A DNA stretch of 64,000 nt, from the NCBI GenBank assembly GCA_030704615.1, contig CM060731.1, positions 73,036,001 to 73,100,000 on the forward strand. The letters are read 5' to 3'. The notes below the pieces were generated by a model. That model saw only the letters and a program-made list of their open reading frames with translations. It was not told the origin of the DNA and searched no databases. Positions 11,700 to 23,807 of the stretch are shown here, in pieces (position 1 is the first letter of the stretch; the number at the start of each line of letters is the position of its first letter). Made by a program: the position numbers and the translations under genes. Source of the stretch: Takakia lepidozioides (Eukaryota; Plantae; Bryophyta).

Positions 11700-12216
11700 T
11701 CACTATGAATGATTGTTCAAGTACTTTCGAGCACTTCATGTAAAGTAGTAAAGCAGTGGTTGCGCCAACTTCCGCAGTCGCAATTGCCACTAGGCATGTA
11801 GCATTGCAAGTTATGTGGTCTACTACCACGTGGCACCCCGGGCCCGTGGCCACGTGGCAGCAGTGGTGCTCGTCGTGGCGCCGCCACGTCGGCATCCACA
11901 TCGTCGTCCACGTCCTAGTCCATGTGTCACCGCGCTTCAGTGAGTCGGTCCACTCATCCGGAGGGAAAAGTCAAAGTCAGCCCAAAAGGTCAGACACACG
12001 GGCGGCCCGCTTGGTTACGCCACGTGGTTCTTCGGCATTAATCGCATTAATCGCTGAGCAGTTGTTCGCGCGTCTGCGTCCTTTACCACTCCAATCATTG
12101 GATGTCCAACCCAACTACCACGTCTGTTGTAACTTCCAGTCGATCCCAGTTTTTTGACTTTTACGACTCAAAATGAGTCGTTACCCCAGTGGTAAATGAC
12201 ACGAATGCTTCTAGTG
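11700..12216 (-). mobile_element. CACTA element 1, terminus A (TIR 12198-12216) with CCACGT(GG)-rich subterminal repeats
   Basis: Minus-strand CACTAGAAGCATTCGTGTC matches the TIR at 23789-23807 at 18/19 positions. The flanking triplet is CTG on the minus strand. Confidence 0.88.
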
Positions 12217-13400
12217 CAGCTAGCATAAGCCACTACGAACTCTCTTCCCTCATCATCCACCTGTGTGAGCACCGCTCCGAGCCCCAGCATGCTCCAATCT
12301 GTATGCAGCTGAAAAGGACGCCCCCTGATAGGTCATCTCAAGATGGGTGCCGAGGTCAACCTCGCCTTGAGCTCTTGAAAAGCTTGTTCTTGCTCATCTT
12401 CCCACTGCCACTCCTGGTCCACCTTGGTCAACTTGGTTAGAGCCTTTGCAATGGCACTAAATCCCTTAACAAACCGTCTATAATAGTTTGCTAACCCCAT
12501 GAAAGCTCGAACTCGGCTCACATCCGTGGGGCGTGGAACCTGTGCAATGGACTCTACCTTAGTCTGTTGTATCCCCAATCCTCCAAGATATATCATGTGA
12601 CCCAGATACTCAATCTGGTTGTGGAAAAACTTGCACTTTTTCGGATGTAACTTCAATCCGTGCGCCCTCAAGCGCTCAAATACCCCCTGAAGGTATCTCT
12701 CATGCTCTTCCACCCTAGCAGTAAAGATGATGATGTCATCTATGTAGCACCGAGCAAACTCCACCCCTCCTAGAATCTTGTCCATGACTCTCTGAAACTC
12801 TGCCGGAGCGTTCTTAAGCCCAAATGGTAAGAACCGCCACTGGTATAGGCAATCCTTCCCGTGCTCATTGATCCCCCAGAATGCCGTCTTTTGCTTATCC
12901 GCCTCCTTGATCGGCAACTGGTGATATCCGGATCGTAAATCCAACGCACTAAAGACCTTGGCATGCCCAATGGCATCAAAGATCTCCTCTGGTGTTGGCA
13001 TGGCATACCTATCGGACTTGGTCTGATGATTTACAGGCCGGTAATCACCGCACATACGTCTCTCCGTCCAATTGCCAAAGACATCCTTCTTGGCTGGCAT
13101 CACTGTGGCTGAAGCATACTCTCCCCCAGATAGCTCCACCAAACCAGCCTCCCAAAGGTTCTGAGTTCTCATCTGAATCAAGGACCTCTCCATGTCACTG
13201 TATCTATAGGGTCTCCGAAAGATTGGCATGTCAGTAGCCAATTCAATGCGAATCTCTTGACCCTTCAGTGCTCCTAAGTCCTTCAAACTGAAGGCAAAGC
13301 AGTTCCTGTAAGCCCTCAAGAACCGCCGTATACGTCGTCTCTCTCCTCCGGTGACTATAGGTCCAACATCAGGCTCCCAGTTGTCCTCCAATTTGGCCCT
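12217..13400 (-). mobile_element. Ty3/gypsy pol fragment (reverse transcriptase and start of RNase H), inverted relative to the rest of the element
   Basis: RMCGDYRPVN, LDLRSGYHQ, LPFGLKNAP, YIDDIII and FMGLANYYRRF. Past a CGA>TGA stop it continues as FQLHTDWSMLGLGAVLTQ..EFVVAYAS. Confidence 0.95.
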
Positions 13401-14405
13401 CTAGGATGAATCTGGACCACACTCTATCCTTGCCCCTTCAGCTATCTATGCCCCTGCACAAATCATGCATTTATCCTTGCCTTGCTGCTAGTAGCTGACA
13501 ATGACAACCTACATTTGTTCTAGGAAACACCCAACTCAGCTTATCACACTAGTTCCTATGCTCAATTGCGTCTGCTACTCTCTGAAATGTAGTAGGCATT
13601 CACCTTTTTGCCTCGGTTGTCCCATCATTGACTGGGGGCAGAAAAGTATTCATTCCACAACTTCTCCTCATGTCTGTTACTTGTTTTTTGATACTTTCCT
13701 GTTGTCAAATAGCAGTATCATGTCAAAGTCACTCCAAACTAGATTCACTCAACCAGTTAACTTGCATAATTCAACATGGAAATTTTGGACCGATTCTAAT
13801 AAGAGGGAAAAACAGGGTGAAATGTGCTGAAGAAGATGCCTTCATTAACAATGTCTGATTTTATCAATTGTGCCGTTGCTGCCAGTTGACCATCTACCCA
13901 TACAGGTTTCTTGTAGCTTCATAGTTAATCTGGAGCTTGAAGTCTTGCCCTCTTGGGTGAATCTGCACCCACACTCTATCCTTGCTCCTTCAACTATCCA
14001 TGCCTCGCACGAATCATGCATACAACCTTGCCTTGTTGCTAGCAGTTGACGATGACAGCCTAGACTTGTTCTAGGAAGCACCCAACTCAACTTATCACAC
14101 TAGTTCCTACGCTCAATTGCATCTGCTACTCTCTATAATCCAACAAACATTCACCTTCTTGCCTCGATTGTCCCACCATTGACTGGGGTCAGAAAAATAT
14201 TCATTCCACAACTTCTCCTCGTCTGTGTTACCTGTTTCTGATACTTTCCTGTTGTCACATTGGCAGAATCATGTCAAAGTCACTCCAAACTATCAAAGCT
14301 TCACTCAACCAGCTAACTTGCAGAATTCAGACATGAATAATTAGGGGCGATTCTGATAAGAGGGGAAAACAAGGTGAAATTGAAGAAGGTGCCTTCATTA
14401 GCAGT
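13400..14405. repeat. Two tandem copies of an unidentified ~480 bp unit (unit A)
   Basis: 13410-13860 and 13960-14405 share long blocks such as CACCCAACTCA(G/A)CTTATCACACTAGTTCCTA. Inverted copies lie at 19515-19760 and 20820-21550, and a piece at 11320-11380. Confidence 0.85.
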
Positions 14406-14409
14406 CATT

Positions 14410-17400
14410 ACACTCTATCCTTCGCTCAGCCATATTGTTGAACACTCCCTGTCCACAAGGGTATTGTTCAGAATGACATCTGCCACAATTCCAGCTTTGA
14501 CGATGCAACCATGGACCTCTTTGCCCTTCCCCAGCAAGCTCGTACATGCACTACAAACGCAAACAACTGGTTGTGGCAAACTGGGAGCAATATGTGTTAG
14601 AAGAAACCACTTATACAAATCTACAGCTTACAGGCTGTCTCTATCCTCAAAATTGGCACCACATCACCCGCTGCTATGACATATATTGCCCTAGACACAC
14701 ATTGCCCTAACTGCCATCCCCCAAGATGCTACCCCACCAGACTTCTCTCACTTGGGTCCTTGCAAGGCTGACTTCCAGCTTTGACTCTGTGCATGGGGCC
14801 TATCGGACAACATACACCAGCAAGCCCTCCCCCTATCCTACATCAACTCATCTCAGTCTTATCAACTGCACAACATATGATGGGAGTGAGTGCAACATGG
14901 GAAAGAGCCACAACACATGATGAGCTGTAGGGAAGAAGCAACATCGTGCAAGTAAAGCAAATGATGAAGCAGAAAGACGAGGCAACATGGGAGAAGGGAA
15001 AATGGGGTCCAAGGGTTGAGAAGGTCAACTAGTCAACAATGAGGAACTGGCTCTGGAGCACTATGTTGATGATTAAAGGGAGCAACAAATACATGTGGGG
15101 CATCGCAGCAAAGTGCATGCCAACGAGGGTCAGAATAGTGCAAGAAAGACTCCACGGATGGTGGGCAGCCAAGGGAGATGCAGTGAGACAAGGCACTCAT
15201 GACAAGGGAGCTGCCAAGACAAAACTGTTGATTAGGCTACAGAGAAATTCAAGCATGGGAGCTGCTGTTAAAACATGAGGAGGAAGACATACGAGGTGAA
15301 GCATCAAGGGAACCAGTAGGAGATGAGGAAGATGGAGCACACTTTCTTGTCAAAGGTTGGCGGCGAAGAATGCAACCCAGCAATCAGAAAGTGAGGCACC
15401 CGAGGCTGGACTGCTGCAAAGAGGTACAAAGACAGGAGCTGAGAATGAGATGTTGCCTTTCGTTGAAGTTCCCCACACAAGGGCTGTTTGGCAAGCAAAA
15501 CCCCAGGCAAGGATGAGAGGTGAATCTGGGATAAAACCAGCAGCTGGGAGTGAGGAAAGACACAAGGAAGGGCAGCAATACCTTGTCAAATCTGAGGGTG
15601 ATGGCTGGAGAAAATTAAACAAGGACTGGAAGTATGGGAGCAGCAATCGCATGAAGAAAAATCTGCCTGAGAGGCTGAAGAGTGAAAGGGAGGAAGACAG
15701 GCACCTCGCTTATGAAAAGTGGAAGGGCAGGGTAGAAAACCTGATGCCTGAAATTGATGGGAGCTCGTAGGAGACTCTGCCAAGAAGACTCCAATCAGCT
15801 GTTGCCAACAATCGGACCAGTGAAAGATCGCCCTTGGCTGGCGCAACACCACAAAATAAGTGCAGCCCTGATAGCATGGTGAGTGGGGCACCAACAGAGC
15901 CAGAAAATGAGGGAGAAGGAGGAGACTTCCCTGCCAAGAAAGTCAATGCGGGCCTGCAGTGGCATGCAAGGAAAGGGACACCGTAAGTGTTGCCAACAGA
16001 TGTAAATCAGTGCTCATTCATTCGAAAGCACCACGGGAGATGAAGGAAAAGACACCTGCAGGGACGTTGAAGCATAAAAGAGGAGAGCACTTCACTTGGG
16101 AAGAAAGTGAAGCATTGGAGAACGAGGCTGATGACTGGCAGTCTGAAAAGGAAAGGCGGTTGTGGGAAACCCTGCCAAGACCCAAGACAACCATATAGAG
16201 AGAATCAAGCAGGTGGGAACTGCCCTTCATTGGGGTGGTGCAAACAAGAGCAAGACCAGAAGCTGAACCACATGAGAAGATAGTGTGTCATCACAGATGG
16301 AGACCCTGGAAAATGCTCTGCCCAGGAGATGAAGGACATTAGGCAACTAGAAACGTGGGGGGCTGAATATGCTCTGCAGTCAACTTGGCTTGTTGAATGC
16401 TTGCATAAGAGATGAGGGGTTGCTGTCAGTACACGGCATTGAGTTCATCAAATCCTACAACAGCCCACCATCGCTGCCCACTGCTTACAAACTGCCACAA
16501 AAACAGTTTCACAGGACTTACAGATGATTGGTGGAAGGCAAGGCCCCTCGCCATGGGCCAGATTAATTGTATGTTGCAGCCCATAACAACGACGGGAAGT
16601 CATCTAGGGCAGCAAACCCCATCTTGGCAGCGTCTTTTGTGTGAGAGAAGTCAAGCTGAACCTGCTCATCATATCGAGTGGGATGGACAAGATGTAAAGC
16701 TGCCAAGCCAACCACACTCATATTCGCACTCAAGCAACATAAGCTGGAACCATTTTCAGATTATGAGTACCCGTGTTTTAAGAATACTCCTGCGGTGAAC
16801 GGGCAGAAAACTTCACAATGTGCAACAGATTAATGGACCAAGATGCGGAGCTGAATTGGGTATCCAATTAGGCAATGCTGGTTTCAAAACCCCGTTCCAT
16901 CCCTGCGTTTCGAAGATCTGGCTTGAATGGGCACACTCCGGCAGTGGAAGGCTCACGGAGTAATGAGTTTTGGGCTGATATGCATGCTGACATGCCATGC
17001 CGGTGCAAAAGAACAACGTTCTGAGTGGCGATTGTGATCTCAAAATCTGCCCCTGCATTCAAGCTGATTTCTCTCTCGAGCAGAGCCACCTTGTGGATGT
17101 TCCAGCCAGTGTCCAAAAATAGCTCAAGTGCAAGACAACAACATCAGCAAGGCATGGTTAGCTAAGCAAGGTCATGGTGGAGAGGCATTTGAACTCTCTG
17201 AACGTAATGTGGTCGGACTTCACCCCCTCCCACATCAACTGCTCATAGGTCTCCAAAACCTGCAATCCCCGCCCCTGTTGTGCATGTCCTGCGATCATCA
17301 CTTTCCACGACACCACATTTCGCTCAGCCATATTGTTGAACACTCCCTATCTAGAAGGGTATTCATGTTCAGAATGACATCTACCACAATTCCATCTTTG

Positions 17401-17784
17401 ACGATGCAACCATGGACCTCTTTGCCCTTCTCCAACAGGCTCGCACATGCACTACAAACACAAACAAACGTAATGTGCTCGGGCTTCACCCCCTAGACCC
17501 ACATCATTTGCTCATAGGTCTCCAAAACCCGCAATCCCCGCCCATGTTGTGCATGTTCTGCGATCATCACGTTCCACCACACCATATTTCGCTCAGCCAT
17601 ATTGTTAAACACTCCTTGTCCACAAGGGAATGCTCCCACGTTTGGCATACATGTCGACGAGGTATTGTTACATCTGGTACAGTTCCAGCTTTGACAATGT
17701 CACGATGGACCTCTTTGCCCTTTACCAAGTCTCCAGGGCTGCCAGGTTTGCACATGCATTGCAAACACAAATGAACGTGACCCG
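14410..17784 (-). pseudogene. Degenerate PLS-class PPR repeat array interrupted by a ~2.6 kb insertion (about 14567-17200)
   Basis: Repeats such as ITFVCVCSACASLLEKGKEVHGCIVK.GIV.DVILN and VFNNMAERNVVSWKVMIAGHAQQGRG. The array continues at 22721-22950 beyond the CACTA insertion. Confidence 0.85.
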
Positions 17785-18177
17785 CACTACAACAGATTGC
17801 GGCTTTTATGACTCCCATGGGTGCGCAGTCATGACAGATTTGTGGCAGAAATGCCATTTGCAGTCGTAAAATGCTTTTGAAGTCATAATGCAGGTCTGGA
17901 GAAGGCGTATATGCGACTGCATGGCTTCGGACTCTGCGCAACACAGGTCAAACATGTTTGACCACGAATATTGGCATGGCAGATATGACTACCAGTCACG
18001 GTCATGGCTACACTAGAATGACGTGTGCATATTGCAAGACAGACATATGACTTCATGACTCTCACTCTAATGCATTATATATAATATATGAGTATTTATA
18101 TCTTAAAAAAACGGAGACTCTTACCACTAGAATGAATTAAAAAAACCCAAAAAAAACAAAGATTTAAAAAAAAATCA

Positions 18178-18376
18178 CATCGGCTGGTAAGTGCACAGTG
18201 TGTCGCCCTTGTGGTTTGGGGTTCAAACCCGCTGCCCTTATCCCGTGTGTGGGATTGTTCGAGACGGTATGTCTTGACGTTGATCGTCCTGTAGGTCTTA
18301 TGGCCCATAAATGAAGGCGGGTGAATTTTCCCCCTCCTCAAGGGCTTGTGGTTTCCTTTAAAAAAAAAAAAAAAAG
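18178..18376 (+). mobile_element. tRNA-derived SINE, probably 5'-truncated
   Basis: B-box-like GGTTCAAACC near 18220, a 3' poly(A) tail, and a flanking direct repeat AAAAAAAATCA at 18167-18177 and 18377-18387. Confidence 0.7.
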
Positions 18377-18629
18377 AAAAAAAATCAAAAAGGGGCTTTT
18401 AGGGTTTACAAAAAGGTTAAAAAACTTAAAAAGTTGCCCATCACAGTAGCGTGAACAGACTTAGAGCGAGCGGGAAGGAGAGAGAGAGAGGGTTGGGACT
18501 TAGAGCGAGCGAGCGGGAGAGAGGGCAAACATGCATGGGAGGCCCGCAGTTGGATCAACCTTCGCATCTGGAGCAAGCAACCCTAGAAACGCTAGGGTAT
18601 GTGTGCGAGGAGGTTTCGGCTGGGAGCCC

Positions 18630-19510
18630 GCCGTTCTTGGGAGAGTCAGCTTCGTCTTAGCAGGCCGTGTTTCAATCTCTACCCGCTCGGCCCTGATTTT
18701 ACAGCACGGGGCAGATCCTTCACGATGGTGGGACAACCGCAATCGCAAGGTGTGGCTTTTTCTTAATGTACGATGTGAAGAAGTTTGTCCATCCTGCAAA
18801 TGTGGGTTGGCTCTCCTGTTAGTACCATGATTTGGTATTCTTCCTGATGTTTACAAGGTTCTTGGGAGAGTTAGCTTGGTCTTAGTAGGCCGTGTTTCAA
18901 TCTCTGCCCACTCAGCTGCACCGTGGTGGTTCTCACTGACCAATCCGACATTACCTAACTACAGACACAAGCAGCACACACTAGAGGTCATCTTGGGTTC
19001 ATGTTCAGTCAAATCCTCCATGGGTCATGACACAAGGTCGAGGACAATGTGGTGAGGGCACCTTCTTCTTCGACCTATTTCAGCCTATTTTGCCCTCTCA
19101 TCAGACTCGGCCCTGAATTTGAATCATGGAGCAGAGCTGGCATGAGTTTTTTTAAGATCCTTCACGAGGGTGCGACCGCAATCGCAAGGTGTGGTTTTTT
19201 TTTAATGTACGATGTGCAGAATTTTGTCCATCCTGCAAATGTGGGTTGTTGGCTCCTGTTAGTACCATGATTTGATATTCTTCCTGATGTTTACAAGGTT
19301 CTTGGGAGAGTCAGCTTGGTCTTAGCAGACCGTGTTTCAAAGTCTGCCTGCTCAGCTGCACCGTGGTGCAGGTTCTCATTGACCAATCCGACATTACCTG
19401 ACTACAGACACAAGCATCACACACAAGGTCAAATCCTCCATGGGTCATGACACAAGGTCAAGGACAGTGTGGTGAGGGCACCTTCTTCTTCGACCTATTT
19501 CAGCATGTTT
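18630..19510 (+). repeat. Tandem copies of an unidentified intron-containing unit (unit B), with an inverted copy at 22950-23250
   Basis: 18710-19095 and 19155-19510 are near-identical and include a GT..AG intron-like segment. Confidence 0.85.
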
Positions 19511-19930
19511 TGCCCTCTCATCAGACGCCCTGAGATGCATATTGAATTTTGTAAGTTAGCTCATTGCTCGTTGATAAGTAGGGTTGGGGGTGTTTGCTGG
19601 AACAATTCTAGGCTGTCATTGTCAGCTGCTAGCAGGAAGGCAAGGATGTATGCATAGATAGCTGAAGGATTTTGTGCAGAGGCATAGATAGCTGAAGGAG
19701 CAGGGATAGAGTGTGGGCCCAAATTCGTCCAAGAGGGCCGGATTTCAAGCTCCATTATTTCAGTGTCATCCATTCAGCCAGGGATTTCCTGGTGACATTG
19801 CCAAGGCTTTACTCGCAACACGATGCTTGTAAAGCTTCCTTAGCTTGAATGCTGATTATGCTTGAATTATTAGGTTTGTAAAGCCAGTTTTGAAATTTTC
19901 ATGGTAATCAGCTCTCTTGAAAATCTGTAG

Positions 19931-20017
19931 GTTGCAAGCCATTTACAGCGGGCCGTGGGTGGACTGGAAGACAGCCATTGAAAGTCCTGGTGCAAGTTAA
20001 TACCAGTGGAGAGCAGA
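19931..20017 (+). pseudogene. PLPBP: Captured exon of a PLP homeostasis protein (YggS/PLPBP family) with flanking intron DNA
   Basis: An AG acceptor at 19929-19930 is followed by VASHLQRAV..GRQPLKVLVQVNTSGE, the family signature. It has one frameshift and a mutated donor. Confidence 0.78.
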
Positions 20018-20329
20018 ATAAGCTTCATATGCCCTTTTGGTGCTAGTTATCTTCATGTATGGTACTGTTGAACACCAACAATCTTTTGGTGAGATTCTGT
20101 CTTGGTGCACATGTCTGATAAAGAAAGACGGTAATGTTTGTTCTGAAACCTGAAGGCGTGAAATGATTCAACACAACAAGAGCATTACGCGTGTCACAGT
20201 ACAAGCTGTAAGAAAGCAAAGATACATAGTTATACAGTCAAACAGACAACTATCAGTTTCTGTGGAATCTCTTGCCAATGGCAGGATGGGTTGGGAATAG
20301 CCAAGTCAGGAGGTGAATGCCTGTCAAAT

Positions 20330-20810
20330 TACCACATGTCCTTTTGAACACTGCCCCTGCCCTGGTGGACATGTACGCCAATTGTGGGTGCATTGAGGAT
20401 GCAAAGGGAGTGTTCAACACTGTGGCTGAACGAGATGTGGTGTCGTGGAGTGCGATGCTTGCTGGGTATGCACAGCTGGGGTGCTGGATGGAGGCTCCAA
20501 CCTTTGAGAAAATGATGGGGGAAGGGGTGAAGGCCGCCGACATAACGTTTGTGTGCGTTTGCAGTGCGTTTGCAGCCCTGGAAAAGGGCAAAGAGATCCC
20601 TGGTGACATCATCAAATCTGCAATTGTACCAGATGTCATCCTGAACATGGCTCTGGTGGCCATGTATGCTAAATGTGGGAGCATTGAGGATGCCAAGGGA
20701 GTGTTCAACACTATGGCTGAACTAGATGTGGTGTCGTGGAATGCGATGCTTGAAGGGTGTGCAGAGCAGGAGCGCGGGATGGGGCTTTGGACACCTGAAA
20801 GCAAATGATG
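20330..20810 (+). pseudogene. PLS-class PPR fragment carried inside the Pack-CACTA
   Basis: ALVDMYANCGCIEDAKGVFNTVAERDVVSWSAMLAGYAQ..EGVKAADITFVCVCSA..ALVAMYAKCGSIEDAKGVFNTMAELDVVSWNAML. Confidence 0.88.
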
Positions 20811-22720
20811 GAGAAAAGGGTGAAGGTACCTTCTTCAACATATTTCACCCTGTTTTCCCTGCTAGTGTTTGCTTTGACAATTCTAGGCTGTCATTGTCAG
20901 CTGCTAGCAGCAAGGCGAGGATGTATGCATGATTTGTGCAGAGGCATGGATAGCTGAAGGAGCAGGGATTTCGTGTGGGTCCAGATTCATCCAAGAAGGC
21001 CAGATTTCAAGCACAAGATTACCTGTGATTCCCTGTGGATCAATAGCTACAAGAAACCTGCATGGGTAGATGGTCAACTGGGAGCAGCGGCACAAGTGAT
21101 AAAATCAGGCACTGCTAATGAAGGCATCTTCTTCAACACATTTCACCCTGTTTTTCCCTCTTATCAGAATCGGCCCTAAATTTACATGTTCAATTCTGCA
21201 AGTTAGCTGGTTGAGTGAATCTAGTTTGGAGTGACTTTGACATGATACTGCCAATGTGACAACAGGAAAGTGTCAAAAAATAGGTAACAGAGATGAGGAG
21301 AAGCTGTGGAATGAATACTTATCTGAGCCCAGTCACTGATGGGTCAACCGGGGCAGAAAGGTGAATGCCTGCTACATTTCAGAGAGTAGCAGACGCAATT
21401 CAGCATAGGAACTAGTGTGCTACGCTGAGTTGGGTGTTTCCTAGAACAAATGTAGGCTGTCATTGTCAGCTGCTAGCAGCAAGGCAAGGATGAATGCTTG
21501 ATTTGTGCAGAGGCATGGATAGCTGAAGGAATAGAGATAGAGTGTGGGTGACGCAGGGTGCTGGGCAATGGGCAAGATGTCTTTGTATAAACGTGAGTGA
21601 CCTTCCTATCATCCTGGGTTTCATTTTTAGTGCATGTTTCTTTGTGAAGTATCTGACGACTTCGCCAATACACACCAACCTTTTTGCTTTGGTTTGTTTA
21701 GGACATGGGATAGAAGTTACCATAAACAACACTGGCATTGGTTTTTCATATATGGTATTAGATAATTCTCTTAATTGTTTCCGCCTTGGCAGGTTGCTCA
21801 GTGACCTTCCCTGGACGCTTTGGAGTATAGCGAGTGAATGTCTCACAATGCAATATTGGTTGGTGCATCTTATGCAAGAACTTGGAAAACAAACAAATGT
21901 CCTTGCTGTAGTAATTCTTAAAGCCATGCAAGCCGTTTTTGATGGGTTGCAGATTGATGGAATACATGAGTAGTTAGAAGATTCTGGGTGAACACTTTTC
22001 AAAGTGTTATAGTTAGACAAAATAATTCACATGAGAACATGCGACTATTTAATGTATTTTTAGATCGCAACAAAAATGATAATGATAAATAGATTGGTAA
22101 ATAGAGATGGTATGCAATCTCTTGGTTTTGCTCAGCTTGTTGCAGTTATGTCTTGCTGCCTTGTTCTCTTTGTATTATATTATATTTCATTGTTGTAATA
22201 GACATGTACATGACTGCTATCATAGTCATAATAATGACTACATCTATTTTCACTCTCCAATAGTACTACACCACGTGGCAGAAATACAAATATGTAAAAA
22301 AATAGCAATACACCCAAAAAAAACACCCATCATGACACATGTCAATCTGTTGATGGACCACGTGTAAAAACTGCAACGCGCCACGTGTTGCAACCGGATT
22401 AGCACACCCGTAGTCATAGTTCGCAGTCATGGAGAGCTAAACACTCTACCACGTGTCATTTCCTGCATCGAGCACGTGCCACTCTTGCACAGCCGCTAAC
22501 ATGGACTACACTGTCCGTTCAGTCATTCAGTAAAGCCAGCGTGTATGACTATCCCCACAGCTGCTCTGGCGCCACGTGACAGTCAGCCTGGAGAGTCATA
22601 TCTGCCATGTCACAACTGACTAGGTCTTTATGTCTGCAGAGTCAGGAAGTCGTAAATGGCTTCCATGACTGCATTTGCAGTCATAACACAGAGACGTAAA
22701 AGCCGCAATTTGTTGTAGTG

Positions 22721-22950
22721 CCGGTCAGGCTGCACCTCTTCTCAACATTTGCTCATATGTCTCCAATGCCCTCATCCCGCACACATGCTGGCCATATCTT
22801 GCGAGATTCAGCGTGTTCCTTGAGACAACATCTTGTTCAGCCATGTTATCAAACTCTCCCTTCGCAACTTCGTAGGTCTCCAAAGCCTCCATCCCACGTC
22901 CCTGCTGTGCATACCCTGCAAGCATCGCACTCCACGACACTACATCTCGG
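22721..22950 (-). pseudogene. PPR fragment continuing the array at 17150-17784
   Basis: RDVVSWSAMLAGYAQQGRGMEALETYE..FDNMAEQDVVS. Confidence 0.8.
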
Positions 22951-23249
22951 CAAAACAGGCTGAAATAGCTCGAAGAAGAAGGTGCCCTCACCACATTGTC
23001 CTCTACCTTGTGTCATGACCCATTGCGGATTAGACTGACCATGAACCCAAGAAGACCTCTTGTGCGTGCTGCTTATATCTCTAGTCAGGTAATGTGGGAT
23101 TGGTTCGTAAGAACCACCACGGTGCAGCTGAGCGGGCAGAGATTAAAATATGGGTTGCTAAGACCAAGCTGATTCTCCCAAGAACCTTGTGATCATCAGG
23201 AAGAATACCAAATCATGGTACAAAGGGGAGCCAAGAGCCCACATTTGCA

Positions 23250-23807
23250 CATAATGCGCCCTTGACGCCATAAACGCTTGCAACAACAGGACATGGGCCC
23301 CGATTTGGTCTTCGTCCTTCTCGCATCACTTGTTCGTCTCTCTCTCAAGCCTCCATCCCTCTCCCAACACTTAGACAAATTCAGGCAAAGGACAAAGTTA
23401 GCTCTTCCACCCTTAGATCATTTTACATCCGACGATTAGAATAATCTCTACGAGCCACACAAGCCCTAAAATACATTAAAATATTCCACGTCATGAGCCA
23501 TGTGGAGCACTTATAAAAATTCCATTTTTGAATAGGGTGTGCAATGAATGCCTAGTTGTTAAGAGTCGTTCTCTAGTGCTTAAAACCACTTGTAATTGCT
23601 GTTTTAAAAAAAAAACAATTTACGTAATTGAATTAAATCGCCGCGAATATTGTACCGACTGCGGAGTCATTGATGCAACTTCTATCCGCCATTAGAAATG
23701 TGAATTTATCCGTTACGACTGTGCAGTAGTAACAAACATCTCAAAGTTGTTCCCTCAGTGGTTTTGGACATGTAGTCGATTCGGAAAAGACACAAATGCT
23801 TCTAGTG
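23250..23807 (+). mobile_element. CACTA element 1, terminus B (TIR 23789-23807, TSD CCG at 23808-23810)
   Basis: GACACAAATGCTTCTAGTG is followed directly by the resumed gypsy RNase H (RSNNVAESKYSSYEGECLAAVWA). Confidence 0.88.

Larger units (their letters stand above)
17785..22720. mobile_element. Non-autonomous Pack-CACTA element (element 2, 4936 bp) with 30 bp TIRs and a CCG TSD
   Basis: Ends CACTACAACAGATTGCGGCTTTTATGACTC and CACTACAACAAATTGCGGCTTTTACGTCTC (27/30 identical). CCG at 17782-17784 and 22721-22723. Removing the element restores the PPR reading PDRVTFICVCNAC. Confidence 0.95.

Noticed and set aside
15357-16198. Lys/Glu-rich ORFs as genes
   Set aside because: Short, stop-interrupted, purine-biased and without motifs; probably decayed TE sequence.
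20317-20808. Functional PPR editing factor
   Set aside because: Only a few degenerate repeats, no targeting peptide or E/DYW domain, and it lies inside a CACTA element.
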